Source of the DNA: Amphiscolops sp. MND2022
Lineage: Eukaryota
Assembly (NCBI GenBank): GCA_964187785.1
Contig: OZ076409.1
Location: 56,608,001 to 56,672,000 of the forward strand
Direction of reading: 5' to 3'
Length of the DNA: 64,000 bases
Shown: positions 50,936 through 63,392 of the stretch, piece by piece
Layout: each line of letters begins with the position of its first letter
Position numbering within the stretch: position 1 is the first letter of the stretch
Translations under genes and position numbers: made by a program
The notes under the pieces: model-generated
Told to the model about the DNA's origin: nothing
Databases searched by the model: none
Seen by the model: only the letters and a program-made list of their open reading frames with translations

Positions 50936-52152
50936 ATTACTACACCATGATGCTCCCCATCTGAGCAAACCCTTGTCTCGAAACATACTCCAATCGGATA
51001 TGGAAAACCCATCCATGCCTTTAAAAAAGAAATCTTTTTAATCTTCCCAGAATAACTTTATAATTGCACATTCTCTGAAACTCGACGATTGAAAATTGAA
51101 CTTTTTCCCTATTTTCATTCTACACTTAGTTAGAATCATTACCAGTATAGCACAGTATAATTTATGAGAGGGGAGAAATTTCCACTGAAAAGACAGCAAA
51201 AGAATAACAGCGAAAGCTTTTTTCAGCCAATGAAATCTTTTTCTTCTTCGCAATCAAAAATCTTGGAAGAAAACCAGGGAATTCATCCAATTTATTCTAG
51301 CTTAGATACTCCTGGAAAACATAAATCAAAATTATGATAGATTTTTGAATTGTTGAAAACCAAAAAGAACAACGAACTGTCAATCATAGCTTTGACAGTG
51401 ACGAGTGTCTTCGAAAACTATAGGACAGTTGAAAGAATTCGAATAAACGTTTTAGCATCATAATGGCTATTCCAATCTTTCTGCCAGTCAATGTGGATTC
51501 TCTGAGCAATAAAAGCAACAAGGTGAAACAGTGCCATTCACAAAAATCCTTAACACAAGACTCTTATATTTGTAATTGGATAAACGTATAGGCTTTTAGG
51601 ACGAGAATAAATTTCAATAGAAAAATTTGAAATGAAAAACTTCTTTGAAGTCAGATCGAATATTCAATTCTTACTATAAAACCTGAGAGTGTGAGAGAAA
51701 AACTTGAATAGTTTCTCTTGAATTTAAAAAAAAATCTAGTTCACAGCACTTTTCAACCATAAAAAACTGAGCTCTCATTGGACCAAAAAACGACAGAGAG
51801 AAGCAGAGAACCATCGATCAGAAACTAAAATTGACAGCATAATCGAAATCTTCGCTTTGTTCGAAATACTTTAAAAAGCATTTTTTAAAACTCGAAAGCT
51901 GATAAAGAAAAGAAGCTTTAACTTTGATTATTAATTGATTACCTTCATACTTTTTTCGTGGAAAGGCATGCAATGATTTGAATTCAAACACATGTTTCTA
52001 TGCAATGTTCTTGAACTATTTCAATTTCAGATCAATGAGTTCATCTTTTTCGGTAAATGAGAGACCTATCACTCTTGACATTAACTGAACAAACGGGAAA
52101 ATATTCTATACGGCTGTTGAAAACAGAAAGCGCACTAGCACTGCAGTCTTGT

Positions 52153-52575
52153 TAACGGGTGCTTTTTGTAACAAAAAGTACACCGACTCTTACAGAGGCA
52201 AGATTCTGCTTGTTTTTTCGTAAGACCACAGACCTCACACTGAATGGACACTTTTTACGCCTAAGTTTTAAAAGGTACTCAGAAACAACCAAAGGCATCC
52301 ATGTTTTCACTAGGAAAAAACACGTTCTATATGTTCCCCTTTTCGGTTTTTCGGCAATGTGCGACTTCTTTCCAGGGAATTTTCGTTTCAAATTTGAATT
52401 TCTCCACCATTTTGCGTCTTCTGATGATTTCAGTTAAAAAACCAGGTTTTCTGAGCACGAAAGACTTTCTTGGGGCATTTCTCGGAACTCATATATTTCG
52501 ATTTCACTCAAAAACGCACTAATAATATTTCATAAACTTTCACTTTTTAGGCCTTCGGCGGGCGTTCACGTCTTG
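52153..52575 (+). mobile_element. Degraded HINE family A element
   Basis: 5' hairpin GTGCTTTTTG..CAAAAAGTAC, AGACCACAGACCTC block, 3' GGCGTTCACGTCTTG-TT. Confidence 0.55.
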
Positions 52576-53582
52576 TTCGTTTTCCATATGTCACTGCATT
52601 TACCATTTTACCATGAACATGGATGAAAAAAAAACAGAAAAACATTCCCGTTAAAAACTATTATTTACAGGATATCTTTGCTGATATTTGCCCACTCGCT
52701 TTCTCCGGGCATAACAAAAACAAGAACGGTTTTTTTTCGAACAACGTGCAGTAGTGAGATGATTGTTTGTGGAAAATGTTTCGGACAAGTCTTTAACTAT
52801 ACATGAAAACTCAAAATCTACCTACCTTTTCAATATGTGATTGAAAAAAAGTTTCCGGAATGTCGAAAACACTTGTAATCGAGTTGATGATGCTACCGAA
52901 AGACCGATAGCTTGCGACTTGCAAAACCACATGATTCAGATTTTCATTCGATTTGTGCTGTTAGATTTTAGTAACAAAACTTGCTACAGTGTTTACATGT
53001 CATTGTTTGCTGGAATTTTATTCCGCCACTGAACCCTTTCAAAAATTTTGAGCTCCCGGGTGATTGTGAAAATCAAAAAACGTTGCCTTAGAGGTTTTAC
53101 GAATAGGTAAAGAAATAACTCTCAGGAAATGTCGCTTCATTTTCTACAAAACAAAATCGTAAAACTAACTGAAAACCTAGAGGTACAACTAACTGGGTGA
53201 TGGGCTCGTCAATAAAAAGTCATAACCGTGCATTTGGGATCTGGAAACTAACAAACTTCTGAAATCGAGTTTGTGTCCTATCCTAAAAACACAAACAAGA
53301 TATTTACCATAATAATTGCTCTCACTCTTTAGTGGGAAGCCACGAAATGTTGAAGGTTTCTTTTAGAACAAGTTCAATTTCAGAAAATAGATGAGACTTC
53401 ATCAATTCTACCAACATTCAATTCAAATAAGTTTCAATGTGGCGTCACATTCAGCGTGCAATTTGGCTGTTTTCATAAGTTGAAATTCTAAGAAAAAGAA
53501 GTGTGAAAACAAACTGATCGAAACGGATAATTGGAAATAATGTTTTCTGTCTTAATTGAAATAGTGGAAGCTGCATTGTAAC

Positions 53583-54518
53583 CAGGGATGTAAAAAAACA
53601 TATTTAAATATATTTCGGAAAAAAAACTTTTATGACTACGACTCCCTCAAGAAATAGGTATTTCCAATGGAAAAATATATTTATCCAATTTTAGCAACAA
53701 CATTATTAACATTTTTAATGTTCCACAAACGTTTATTAGCAAATAGGAAGACTTGTTGTTCGAAATGCAACGGCAACACTCGTTTTCTTTGGTCGTCCAG
53801 CGTCAGCTTTGCACGACTGAAGAGACGCTCTACAATATTGGAAGTGCCAGGAATCCATTGCAAATCGCAATCCTTCTTTGATTTTTTGGAAATGATATTA
53901 TCAGCAGAAGAAGTTGTTGCCGTTTGAATGTCTTCTTCAACTGCTTGGAATAATGGAATGATAGCTTGTTGATATCGGAATTCATATCGTGGTGATCATC
54001 GTCGCAAACAAACTGGCTCTGGGTATGAAAATTTATTCTCTCACGTTGAAAACAAGCATAAAAACTATGATAGTTTTTATGCTTGTTTTCAACGTGAGAG
54101 AATAAATTTTCATACCCAGAGCCAGTTTGTTTGCGAGTTATACCGCATTTTCTACACTTAAACTTGTTATCTTCAAGCTTTTCGAAGTAGAATTTAGCAA
54201 CGTCTTTATTGGAAGGTGCCATTATGTACACGCTGGTCAAAGAATGCAAGTAAATTTATATGTTTCAAATACATGTATTCGTTATTCTGAGATGATATGA
54301 ATTCTCTCTTACTTGATTGGCTGAGAGGGGTCGGACCGGAACGAAAGCAGAAAACTTTGAAAATAACGCCGGAAATTACTATCGAATTTGCAAAACATTT
54401 CTTCTAAAGAATTATTCAACACTAAAAATAAAGTTTTTTATTCGTTTGAGTCAAAAATTAAATATATTTATTATAAATATAAATACATTTAAATATAAAT
54501 ATATTTTTTACAACCCTG
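53583..54518 (-). mobile_element. Internally deleted hAT DNA transposon (936 bp)
   Basis: TIRs CAGGGATGTAAAAAAACATATTTA / CAGGGTTGTAAAAAATATATTTA; perfect 8-bp TSD ATTGTAAC (53575-53582, 54519-54526). Confidence 0.95.
53681..54222 (-). pseudogene. hAT transposase remnant: N-terminal BED finger and C-terminal dimerisation-like segment; catalytic core deleted
   Basis: C-x2-C-x16-H-x4-H (CRKC...HVENKH) after ATG at 54222; IPGTSNIVERLFSRAK near the C-terminus. Confidence 0.85.
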
Positions 54519-55238
54519 ATTGTAACCATATAAAGTTTTTCCGAACAATTTTTCGGGTTATTCCATGCTTTGTACAAAAAACTGGATTTGCATGAATGAA
54601 TCTCGAAAAAGATCAAACTAGAGTAAATACTGATCAGACTCTCCTCTCTCGAAATTCTGTTGGTTTCCCAAATTTTGTAATTCATTATATATCTGCATAT
54701 GTTGCCAAAAAAATTGTACGGAATTCTAGTTACAAATTTGTACTTGCCATCTGAAATCATTTTTGGAATTATGCCTTGTCATGTTGGAACCAAACTATAG
54801 AAAATGTTTTGATCTCACTTCAACCATTTGTCTTTTTTTGAAGCACCAAACAACTGGAAGGAAAGTGTTGAGAAACGCAACAAAACTTACTTTACAATGT
54901 AGCTCCTAAGTTAGTGCGAACAAAATTGTCACTGAAATGACGAAGAGGAGCAACTTTCACTGGGAATATTTTCCCACTGGGAAACTTTATCTTCGAAAGA
55001 CATATGTAGTACGAATGATTTTATTAGAAAGTGTATTGGCAATATAAAACAGATCTCTTCTCTGAAACCCTCGATGATATCAATGTGCTGCAAAAAGAAC
55101 TAGGTAAAACTAAAAAAATTGTAGTTCAATCGGAGAGTTTCGCTGACGACATTTCCGATATTTGTTCAAGACGCCTCAACTTCAACAACGAGAAGAATCC
55201 AATGAAATGGTGAAATTGGACTGGCTTTTCATCGACAC

Positions 55239-56410
55239 CCCAGGTTGTCTGTCATGGTTCGTTCATGGAAAATCATCCATGATCATGGATTTTTCGACGC
55301 ATTACTTCTACTTTCATGGAAAATCATGGATGGCCCATGGCAGGGCATGGCCCCATGGATCATCATCCATGATTTTGATCCATGATTCATCCATGTTGAG
55401 CCATGTTGAAAATCTCGTTCAAGGCCGCAAATTTTTTCCTACCGAGTCAGTTTTTGTCTCTTGTTCTTTCTTTTTTTTCTGAGGGTTACCTTAATGGCCC
55501 GGGTAGCATTAAGGACGTTTTTCGGCACCGCGTATCCTGAAGCCGCGAGATAGGTGAGATTTCAGGTAGCATTAGGCGGGCTTTTGATGGTTTCGGGGTT
55601 GGTTTTCAATGGAATTGCGGAAAAACGCCTGTTTTTAGACCAATTTTAGAGAAAAAGTGGAATTATTCTTGTTTGTATCTAGATCAATGCCTCGTGTCCA
55701 ATTTCGAACTGAATTCGGCAAGTATATGGTCTAATACCTGAAAACCGTACTGTAGTTTTGTTGATTTCATGTCATTTTTCAGAAAAATCTTGTTACAAAA
55801 GGCCTTTTTTCAGATCAATTTTAGGAAAAATGTAGAAATATTCAAGTTTGTATCTAGATCAATGCCTCGTCCAATTTCGAACTGAGTACCGCAATTATAT
55901 GGTCTCATACCTACGAATCGTACTATAGTTTCGTTGATTTCATGTCTTTTTTCGAGAGAACTTGTTACAAAACGCCTCTTTTTAGATCAATTGATAGTTT
56001 TTTGGGGCTCGTCGGAGGCCACGTTCTCGTCGTGAGTCCTGTCACGTGTGGTATATCTATAATATACCGCACTAGCAGAGAGCCTCCAACCCAGAATAAG
56101 GACATTTTTCACTGACTGGATGCTTTGCTTTCAGTTGAACTGAATGTCCGACATTATGCTTCTAACTTCATTTTGTTTCAGCTCAAGTGATGGAAAGTGG
56201 AAAAATAGGACCATATCCTTTTTTTGAAGGCAGTTTTGGCTATCGGAACGGCCCGTTTCAAAGTTTTTCAGCCATGGCACATGAAAATCCATCCATGATT
56301 CATCCATGATTCATGGATTTCCATACATTGCCCATGTCGTGGGCCATGCCATGACGAGCCATGAATCATGGATGAATCATGGATGGCGGGCCATGGCGTG
56401 ACAACCTGGG
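55239..56410. mobile_element. Non-autonomous DNA transposon with CCC...GGG TIRs and 2-bp TSD (CACTA/EnSpm-like)
   Basis: TIRs CCCAGGTTGTC / GACAACCTGGG; TSD AC; CATGGA/TCCATG-rich subterminal repeats at both ends. Confidence 0.8.
55622..55992 (+). repeat. Tandem duplication, ~175-bp unit x2.1
   Basis: GTTTGTATCTAGATCAATGCCTCGT at 55671 and 55846. Confidence 0.85.
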
Positions 56411-57068
56411 ACAGTACACTTCTCTGACATGACAAATGCCAAAACGATTACACAGCTCTGAGCTCCTGCGACAGGTTCGCGTTATGGATTCAACGAAGAT
56501 TTCTACGAAATCGCTGTAGAAAATCTCATCGACGCTTTTGAAAAGCCACCTGAGGTAGTTTGAAAGTGTTTGCTCTACTCACAAAGACTTTAATACCCGT
56601 CATTCGAACAATCCTCCATGACTTTAAAGACTCCTGGACCTTTGTCTCCACCTTTGGCCATTTTCGGACAACTTTGTTTCTAGCATGAAATACTTTCAAC
56701 AGCGAACACGGTGCAAGTGCAAGTGCAAGAAGCGGCCGGTCACCGCCAGGCACGAGTAGAACCGGCATGCTTTACCAGCGAAAAGGTATCGACCATATCA
56801 CTCAGCTTATTTTATCCGAGATAATTCCAGCGTTTGTTATGATCTATCAAACATCAAGAATAGAGTACTGGACGCCAATCACGCCCAGAGTCTTTTTTAC
56901 AGAGTTGATTTAAATTTTAAAAGACTTCTGCAGTTTCCGGTACTCCGACAAGGCAAACGTTTTCATCAACTCTCAGCCAGACCGAGATTGAATTAGCTGA
57001 AAAAAATTAAAGTTGTGCATCAGACGACTTGCCCTCATCTCTTCAACGTACGTTTTTGAATGATTCTA

Positions 57069-57501
57069 CCCTGGTTGAAACTGCTTGAACTTTTTACATG
57101 TTTTTGTAGGTTACCAAGCTAATTTTCCATGATTTTATAAAATTCTCAAAGAAACATCCATGCATTAAAACTTCACTGATTCGATTTAATTTTATCAAGC
57201 TGCCTATAAAATGCATCCTAAATTCGGTGGCAATTTTGCGCCGCAAACTTTTACAGGTTTCATTAAACGGTGATTACATAAGTACACAAGGAACTTACTT
57301 GAGAAACTTACATGTGAAAATAAAGTGATCACGGCTGTGAAGAATTGGAAATGTTTTCAGTTTTAATTCAAATAGTGGAGGCTGCATTGTAATCCTACGA
57401 AATGTTTCCATGCAGGCTCCCGGAATTTTCCATGTTTTGTTAAAAATTAGCCTGCATGTTTCCATGCAGCATGTAAAAAGTTCAAGCAATCTCGACTAGG
57501 G
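57069..57501. mobile_element. MITE with CCC...GGG TIRs and TA TSD
   Basis: TA-CCCTGGTTGAAACTGCTTGAACTTTTTACATG ... CATGTAAAAAGTTCAAGCAATCTCGACTAGGG-TA. Confidence 0.85.
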
Positions 57502-58145
57502 TACTCGATTTTTTAAATTTTTCAAATGATTTCACTCGAAGTGGCTTATTTAGTGGTGGAAGAACTCTAGTGACTGGAGAACTGTAGTGAAGAACGATTT
57601 TTTTTCATTTTTGTTGTTCATCCATAAAGGCACCACAAACGAAGAACTGCAGAAAATGGCCCTTTTTTAAATCACTTCAGTTTGTCGATTCATTTTTAAA
57701 GTATTTTGTGAGTTGGATTGGTTGTTTGGTTCAAGAAAGACGAAGCATGAACTCACAATGATTAAACAAAACCTAGTGTAAGGAAACATGTAATATGTGT
57801 CAAGGTCATAATAACACTTGGTAGTGCTACCTAATGGTGAGGTAATAGCATCATTGCCAAAATAATGCAAGATCTGGGACATGGAAAGCTTGCCAAGATC
57901 GCCAATTTGTTGGGTCGTGTTGTTTTTTTGAGCTTTCGTATCCGATAATTTCGCACACACCAATATTTGATTGTGAATTTCATTCTTAACTTCTAAATGG
58001 CCCTAAATAATTTGCCTCGCCTTCTAGTTTAGGTTCACGAGTTTCCAGCACTGTCTACTCAGCGAAACTCGTCAAAAGAAAACCTAATTCTCAACGTGCG
58101 GGTTTGCTTCCGAAATTGGAATTTAATGGGTCAAAAATTGCCATA

Positions 58146-58975
58146 CCCCGGTTGGGTTGTCCGGTCATGGATTTGCCCTCATGATTCACCCAACATTCAT
58201 GGCACTCGATGGTTATGGACCATGGGTGTGAGTTTATGGAACATCCATGAATTAAGAATAGGAATTCATGGAACATGCATGAATTATTGATGGGAATCCA
58301 TGGAACAACTATGAATGATGGATGGCAATCCGTAGAACATCCATGAATCATGGATGGTTATCCATCTTATCAACTCTTGATAAAAGACACCAAAATTGAC
58401 CAAATGTTTGATTCTAGTTTGTCTTCAAACTAACATCATCTCATTGAACGCAAACAGCGTCACTACTTTCTTAGAGTTTCACTAACAAGAAAGAAAGAAC
58501 TGAAAAACTATTGATTTTCAAAAGAAATAAGATACAATATATCTGTTTCATGTAAAAATATTCAAGATGAAATCAAACATAGAATTAATTTCCAACAAAC
58601 TGTAGGTTGATATTTGAGCTCAAAGGAAGCCTTATCGGAAGACTTCCTATGTGTTCAAGAACAAGGTTTCAAAAAAATGGAAAAAAAATGTTCACAGGTA
58701 GTCTAGACTATCTGTGAACATTTTCTTTCCAAATTTTTTGGAAACCTTGTTCCTGAATACGTAGGAAGTTTTCTGATACGGGCTTATTTATGTGAACTTC
58801 ACTTGTTGAACAAGTTATTGGCTGTCTGTTGAAATCCATTTTACCATGGAAATTCGTGGATTGATCATTGATGAATCATGGCTTATAATGGATGAATCAA
58901 AGAGTTATTCCAGCCATAATTAGCCATGACTCGAGACATGGTCTAAAAAGCTGTGATCATGATTGATATTCCATC
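58146..58975. mobile_element. Old CATG-rich MITE-like element related to 55239-56410
   Basis: GGGTTGTCCGGTCATGG start; CATGGA repeats at 58160-58360 and 58840-58975. Confidence 0.45.
58627..58785. repeat. ~150-bp loop-less imperfect palindrome
   Basis: Arms of ~75 bp centred on TCT|AGA (58704/58705). Confidence 0.9.
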
Positions 58976-58980
58976 ATGTA

Positions 58981-59037
58981 CCCAGATTGTCTGCCATGAC
59001 TTTTTGATGATTAAAAAGTCATGGCAGACAATCTGGG
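58981..59037. mobile_element. 57-bp TIR-only mini-MITE
   Basis: Perfect 25-bp arms CCCAGATTGTCTGCCATGACTTTTT, 7-nt loop, TA on both sides. Confidence 0.85.
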
Positions 59038-60253
59038 TACTTGACGTTTCGCGTCTCAATAGTCGTTTTTCAAACTGAAACGTTTCCCTCAGTTTTAACT
59101 TTCACTTTTGTGCTTCCATTTTATGTCAATTTATCAGATGATCATAACGTGTATTCTGATAGCATTTCTTGGTAGTCCGTATTGAAGCAAATATCTGGAG
59201 CATGAAGCATTTCTGACTAATGTTAGTCTAAACATGCACTTGAGTTTTAGAACATAGATTTTTGACCAAATGACTCCGGTGAACTGAACGGTAAGATTAT
59301 TGATTTCCAACAAAGAAGTACATCGTTCAACGTCACAGCTTTGCTGAGTTGATAAGCTGAAGACGGATATTTGTGAATTATTGATCCGTCCACTAAAGTT
59401 GTCAAATGTTCAAAAAGCCACTCAACGTTTCATTTTTTGCTTCAGAGGGCGGTGCTTACCGCAAAACAAACATTTGAACAAGTCTTCGTCCATATGAACA
59501 TGTCTTAGACTTTGTCAGTCAACAAAGAGCAGTCAATAGTCACTGAACAACTTGATAGTGAATAAGGTCCGAAGAAAATTTTCAGTGAACGTTTTTTGTC
59601 CATCAGTGGAATGGAAAATGATCAAGAATCGTTGAAAAACTTTGTTTGAGTTCTTGAAGAAGACCATTCTTCACTGTTCACAAAGCATAGCGTCTGGACT
59701 TTTATATTATAGCGATATATAGTGAAAACTCTAAGAATCCATAGGCTAGCGATATTCGATTTTCACTCGTTTTTTGAATTTCATCAGGGTATCAAATCAA
59801 TTAAAAACCAGTAATGTTTCCAGCGAAATTTGAAATATGCTGCCTAAAAAATCCTGAAAGCAAAGATCATTCCGAGATTGGCTAAACAACAATTGTTTTT
59901 CACGAAAGTATTGATTTAACCCAGTATACAATGTAACTTAGTACTTTTTCAAACTTTATTAAGTAACATCTTCGATGTCGCTCGTCAAACTGAAAGACAC
60001 TATAGGAAATTTCAGTAGCAATGATTACATTCCTTAACCAGCTGTCACAGCCCGCTCCCGGCTGTTTTCGCTTTAAACGCGATTGTTTTGGTTGAATATA
60101 CTGGTGTGAACTAATTGGAATGCTTTTTGTGACGTCATCGACACTGCTACGCTAGCAGTACGTTATTATTTGGAATGATTTTGTGACTCACTAATTAGAC
60201 AATTGGAAAGATTTTCTAATGCGCAACGTAACGTCTCGGTAAACCGCTGGTCA

Positions 60254-60426
60254 GCTAATGCTAATTTTATTACGTACGGAGCGCTTACGGAGCAAATTGT
60301 AAAATTCTAAAGCTATACTTAATCTTAATACGTACGGAGCGCTTACGGAGCAAATTGTAAAACTGTAAAGCTATACCTAATTTTGATACGTACGGAGCGC
60401 TTACGGAGCAATTGTAAGATTGTAAT
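60254..60426 (+). repeat. 58-bp tandem repeat x3 inside LTR
   Basis: TACGTACGGAGCGCTTACGGAGCAA at 60271, 60329 and 60387. Confidence 0.92.
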
Positions 60427-63219
60427 TATCAAATTAGGTTCTTAAAAACAATTTAGTAGGAAATTTCCTCAGGAATTGATGAATTTCAAAGATTTTGTGA
60501 ATAGAATGCAACGTAAGGGCAACGTCATATTATTGGATGTTTTCTTTTGAATGAAGCTTATACTAATATTTTCATTGAGTGTTCTGCATTTATACCATGA
60601 AATCGAAATTGTCAATCGAAGTAATAACGTGTTAATGTCACTAATTGATGTTCTGATTGGCGTTTTCTCAAGTGTGGAATTTGTTGTTGACCGAATGGTC
60701 TCCGTTGTTTTAGTATTTATGTGATTGTATGTTTAGCTTAAAGATATTTACGTCGCTTTATGGTCGTGCTAATAATAATGGCAATAACTTGAAACTGTTA
60801 TTCAGGTATCATTTGTTCCTTTTCATCAGTATTCAAATGTTTCCGCTCTCAAAATTATTTGCTCCGTTTTAGTTGCGTTGCCATTTTTGCTAGTCATACT
60901 TTTATCTTGAATATTGGTATTCCCAACTTGGAAATTGACTAATTAATCACGCCGGCGTGCCTCCGTTGTTGAAAATATCAAGCAGGCTCTCATTTTGCCG
61001 CCATTTTAACGCTGAAACAGGAAGTGTATCGTTCGAACAGAAATGATTTCAACAAATATTACGGAAGGTTGACGCGACTAGGAATTTCGATACCTGATTT
61101 AGTGACGCGGGACTGAAATAATATGAATCAACTGGGTTTTTGCATGAACAAACCCGATTTTTATGATACCTAGGAATTTTTAGGTGAGGAACAAAAGATA
61201 CTAGGAAAGTATAAATATGTTGGTTTTGTAAATTAAATCAGAGAAAGTTGTTTGTAATCTTTGTTACACTGTTACGTTGCTAAACCGATTCTTCTTGAAA
61301 AATTCAAATCTCTTTGAAACATATTGTTTCTTCTCAAAAAAGTCAGCTCGAGGTCAGAAATGCCTAAAAACACATTCATTGCATCTACATCATTTCCTAT
61401 AAACAATAAACACGACTACCCAAAATGACACTCCGTTAGGTAGTCGTAACATGGTGACAGGAGTTAAAACGATTCCACGAACGACCAAATCAACATCAAG
61501 AGATGCGCAACAGGAACAGAACAGAAGCAAGGACGACAGCCGAATTCAATTGGAACTCGGATAGCGAAGAGATTACGAACTGAAATCGTAAGTGATTACT
61601 TTAGAATGGAACAATTAGAGTTACGTTTTGACCTCGAAAATGAGCAGTCAGTATTAGAAATTCACTTTCAAAATTTGTGCCAGCATTGAACATGTGATTG
61701 TAGTCGAAAAGGACTCGTGCAATTATTATTTTCTCCAGAAAAATGGAACAAAGTACCTTCAATTTTTTCACCTATTTCGTCCCCGACTGAAGACTCCAAG
61801 CCAACAACTGCATGACGTGATAATCAAGACAGTGGAAAAACTCCCTGAAACTATATTAATTGTCGACTGATAAATGCAGGAATGCCTCCTAGCAATCACA
61901 TGCAATCCTTGTTACCATGTTCTCTACGTTACACAACTCTCCGAAAACGTTCCGTAATACACCCACAGATCATTGAGCCAGTACAGAGTGAAATAAAAGA
62001 CTATATCTCTGTCAGTTTTATTCCAAACGAGGGGGGAAACATCTCGCTCGAACGAAAAGTAGCAAATTTCAACCGGATCAGTATAAGACTGAGCAGCGAC
62101 AGAATGAACATCTTCATGGACGGAAGGCTGACGTGGGGTGACTGCGACAGAAATCCAGGACTTGGGACTATGAATTCTTCTCATTCGACAGCAACAGTAA
62201 AAGAAATAGAACTGAGAGAAAAGACATCGGGAGCTACTTCAGTTACAATTTGGCCGAGGTTGGTAGCCAAGATGGTGGAAACGGAAGGCGACGTTGTTGT
62301 GCCGGACGGACGAAACACGTCCGAAATCCCAAAAGGAACAACTGCCGAAGTGTCAGGTTGAGGTACTGAAAATCAAGATCTGGATTCAGACGCGTCAGGT
62401 AATCGGGTAGGACTCAAAGGCTGATCACCAAAACAATAGTCCAACAACCCATGGAAGTCAGAAAGATTTTACCAACCTGAAGCAACGAGCGCAATTTCCA
62501 CCTCCGAGAGTGCAACGTCATCGTCGGAGTAGTTGTAGTTTATCCCGTTTCCACTAACAAAGCTTGCCACATGAACAGCAGTAGAACGAACAATTTCGGC
62601 GTCTCCCATTGAAAACAGCAGAAGTTTCTTCGAAACAACATAAAAGAAAAGAACAACTGAAAGAAAAATCAAGAAAAGCACTTTGAAAACTGTGACGTCA
62701 CATCGACGTAATTGCTTCGGAAAGGATTGACAACGTCATAACGACGTAGCTGAAGAAGAAACGGAGAAAGAAAATCAAAAAATTGTTTAATCACATTTCG
62801 GCCAATAACAACGCAGACGGAAGCAAAACGCTTTCAAAAATTCAGGTGAACCGCAACGAAGGTAGAAAATCAACAAATAGGAATTCTGTGAAAGTACTGA
62901 ACCCAAAAGACTACGAATATCAGTCGGAAATTGAGAAACCTCGCTGACGTAAGAAGAAGTGAAACGACAAAAACCCGCATGTCGTCTTCTTTCCTTCCCG
63001 AGTGGTCCTGTCACAGCCCGCTCCCGGCTGTTTTCGCTTTAAACGCGATTGTTTTGGTTGAATATACTGGTGTGAACTAATTGGAATGCTTTTTGTGACG
63101 TCATCGACACTGCTACGCTAGCAGTACGTTATTATTTGGAATGATTTTGTGACTCACTAATTAGACAATTGGAAAGATTTTCTAATGCGCAACGTAACGT
63201 CTCGGTAAACCGCTGGTCA

Positions 63220-63392
63220 GCTATAGCTAATTTTATTACGTACGGAGCGCTTACGGAGCAAATTGTAAAATTCTATAGCTATACTTAATCCTAATACGTA
63301 CGGAGCGCTTACGGAGCAAATTGTAAAACTGTAAAGCTATACCTAATTTTAATACGTACGGACCGCTTACGGAGCAGTTGTAAGATTTTAAT
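63220..63392 (+). repeat. 58-bp tandem repeat x3 inside second LTR
   Basis: Copy of 60254-60426. Confidence 0.92.

Larger units (their letters stand above)
55150..56700 (+). pseudogene. Highly decayed BEL/Pao gag-like remnant split by a MITE
   Basis: Joining across 55239-56410 gives ..NPMKW*NWTG..DMTNAK..YGFNEDFYEIAVENLIDAFEKP.EVV, resembling BEL gag (DUF1759-type). Weak further pol-like traces to ~59700. Confidence 0.4.

Noticed and set aside
61270..61451. Separate 182-bp LTR bounded by TGTTACG...CGTAACA
   Set aside because: No second copy or TSD in the window; more simply the 3' part of the LTR starting at 60043, although not excluded.
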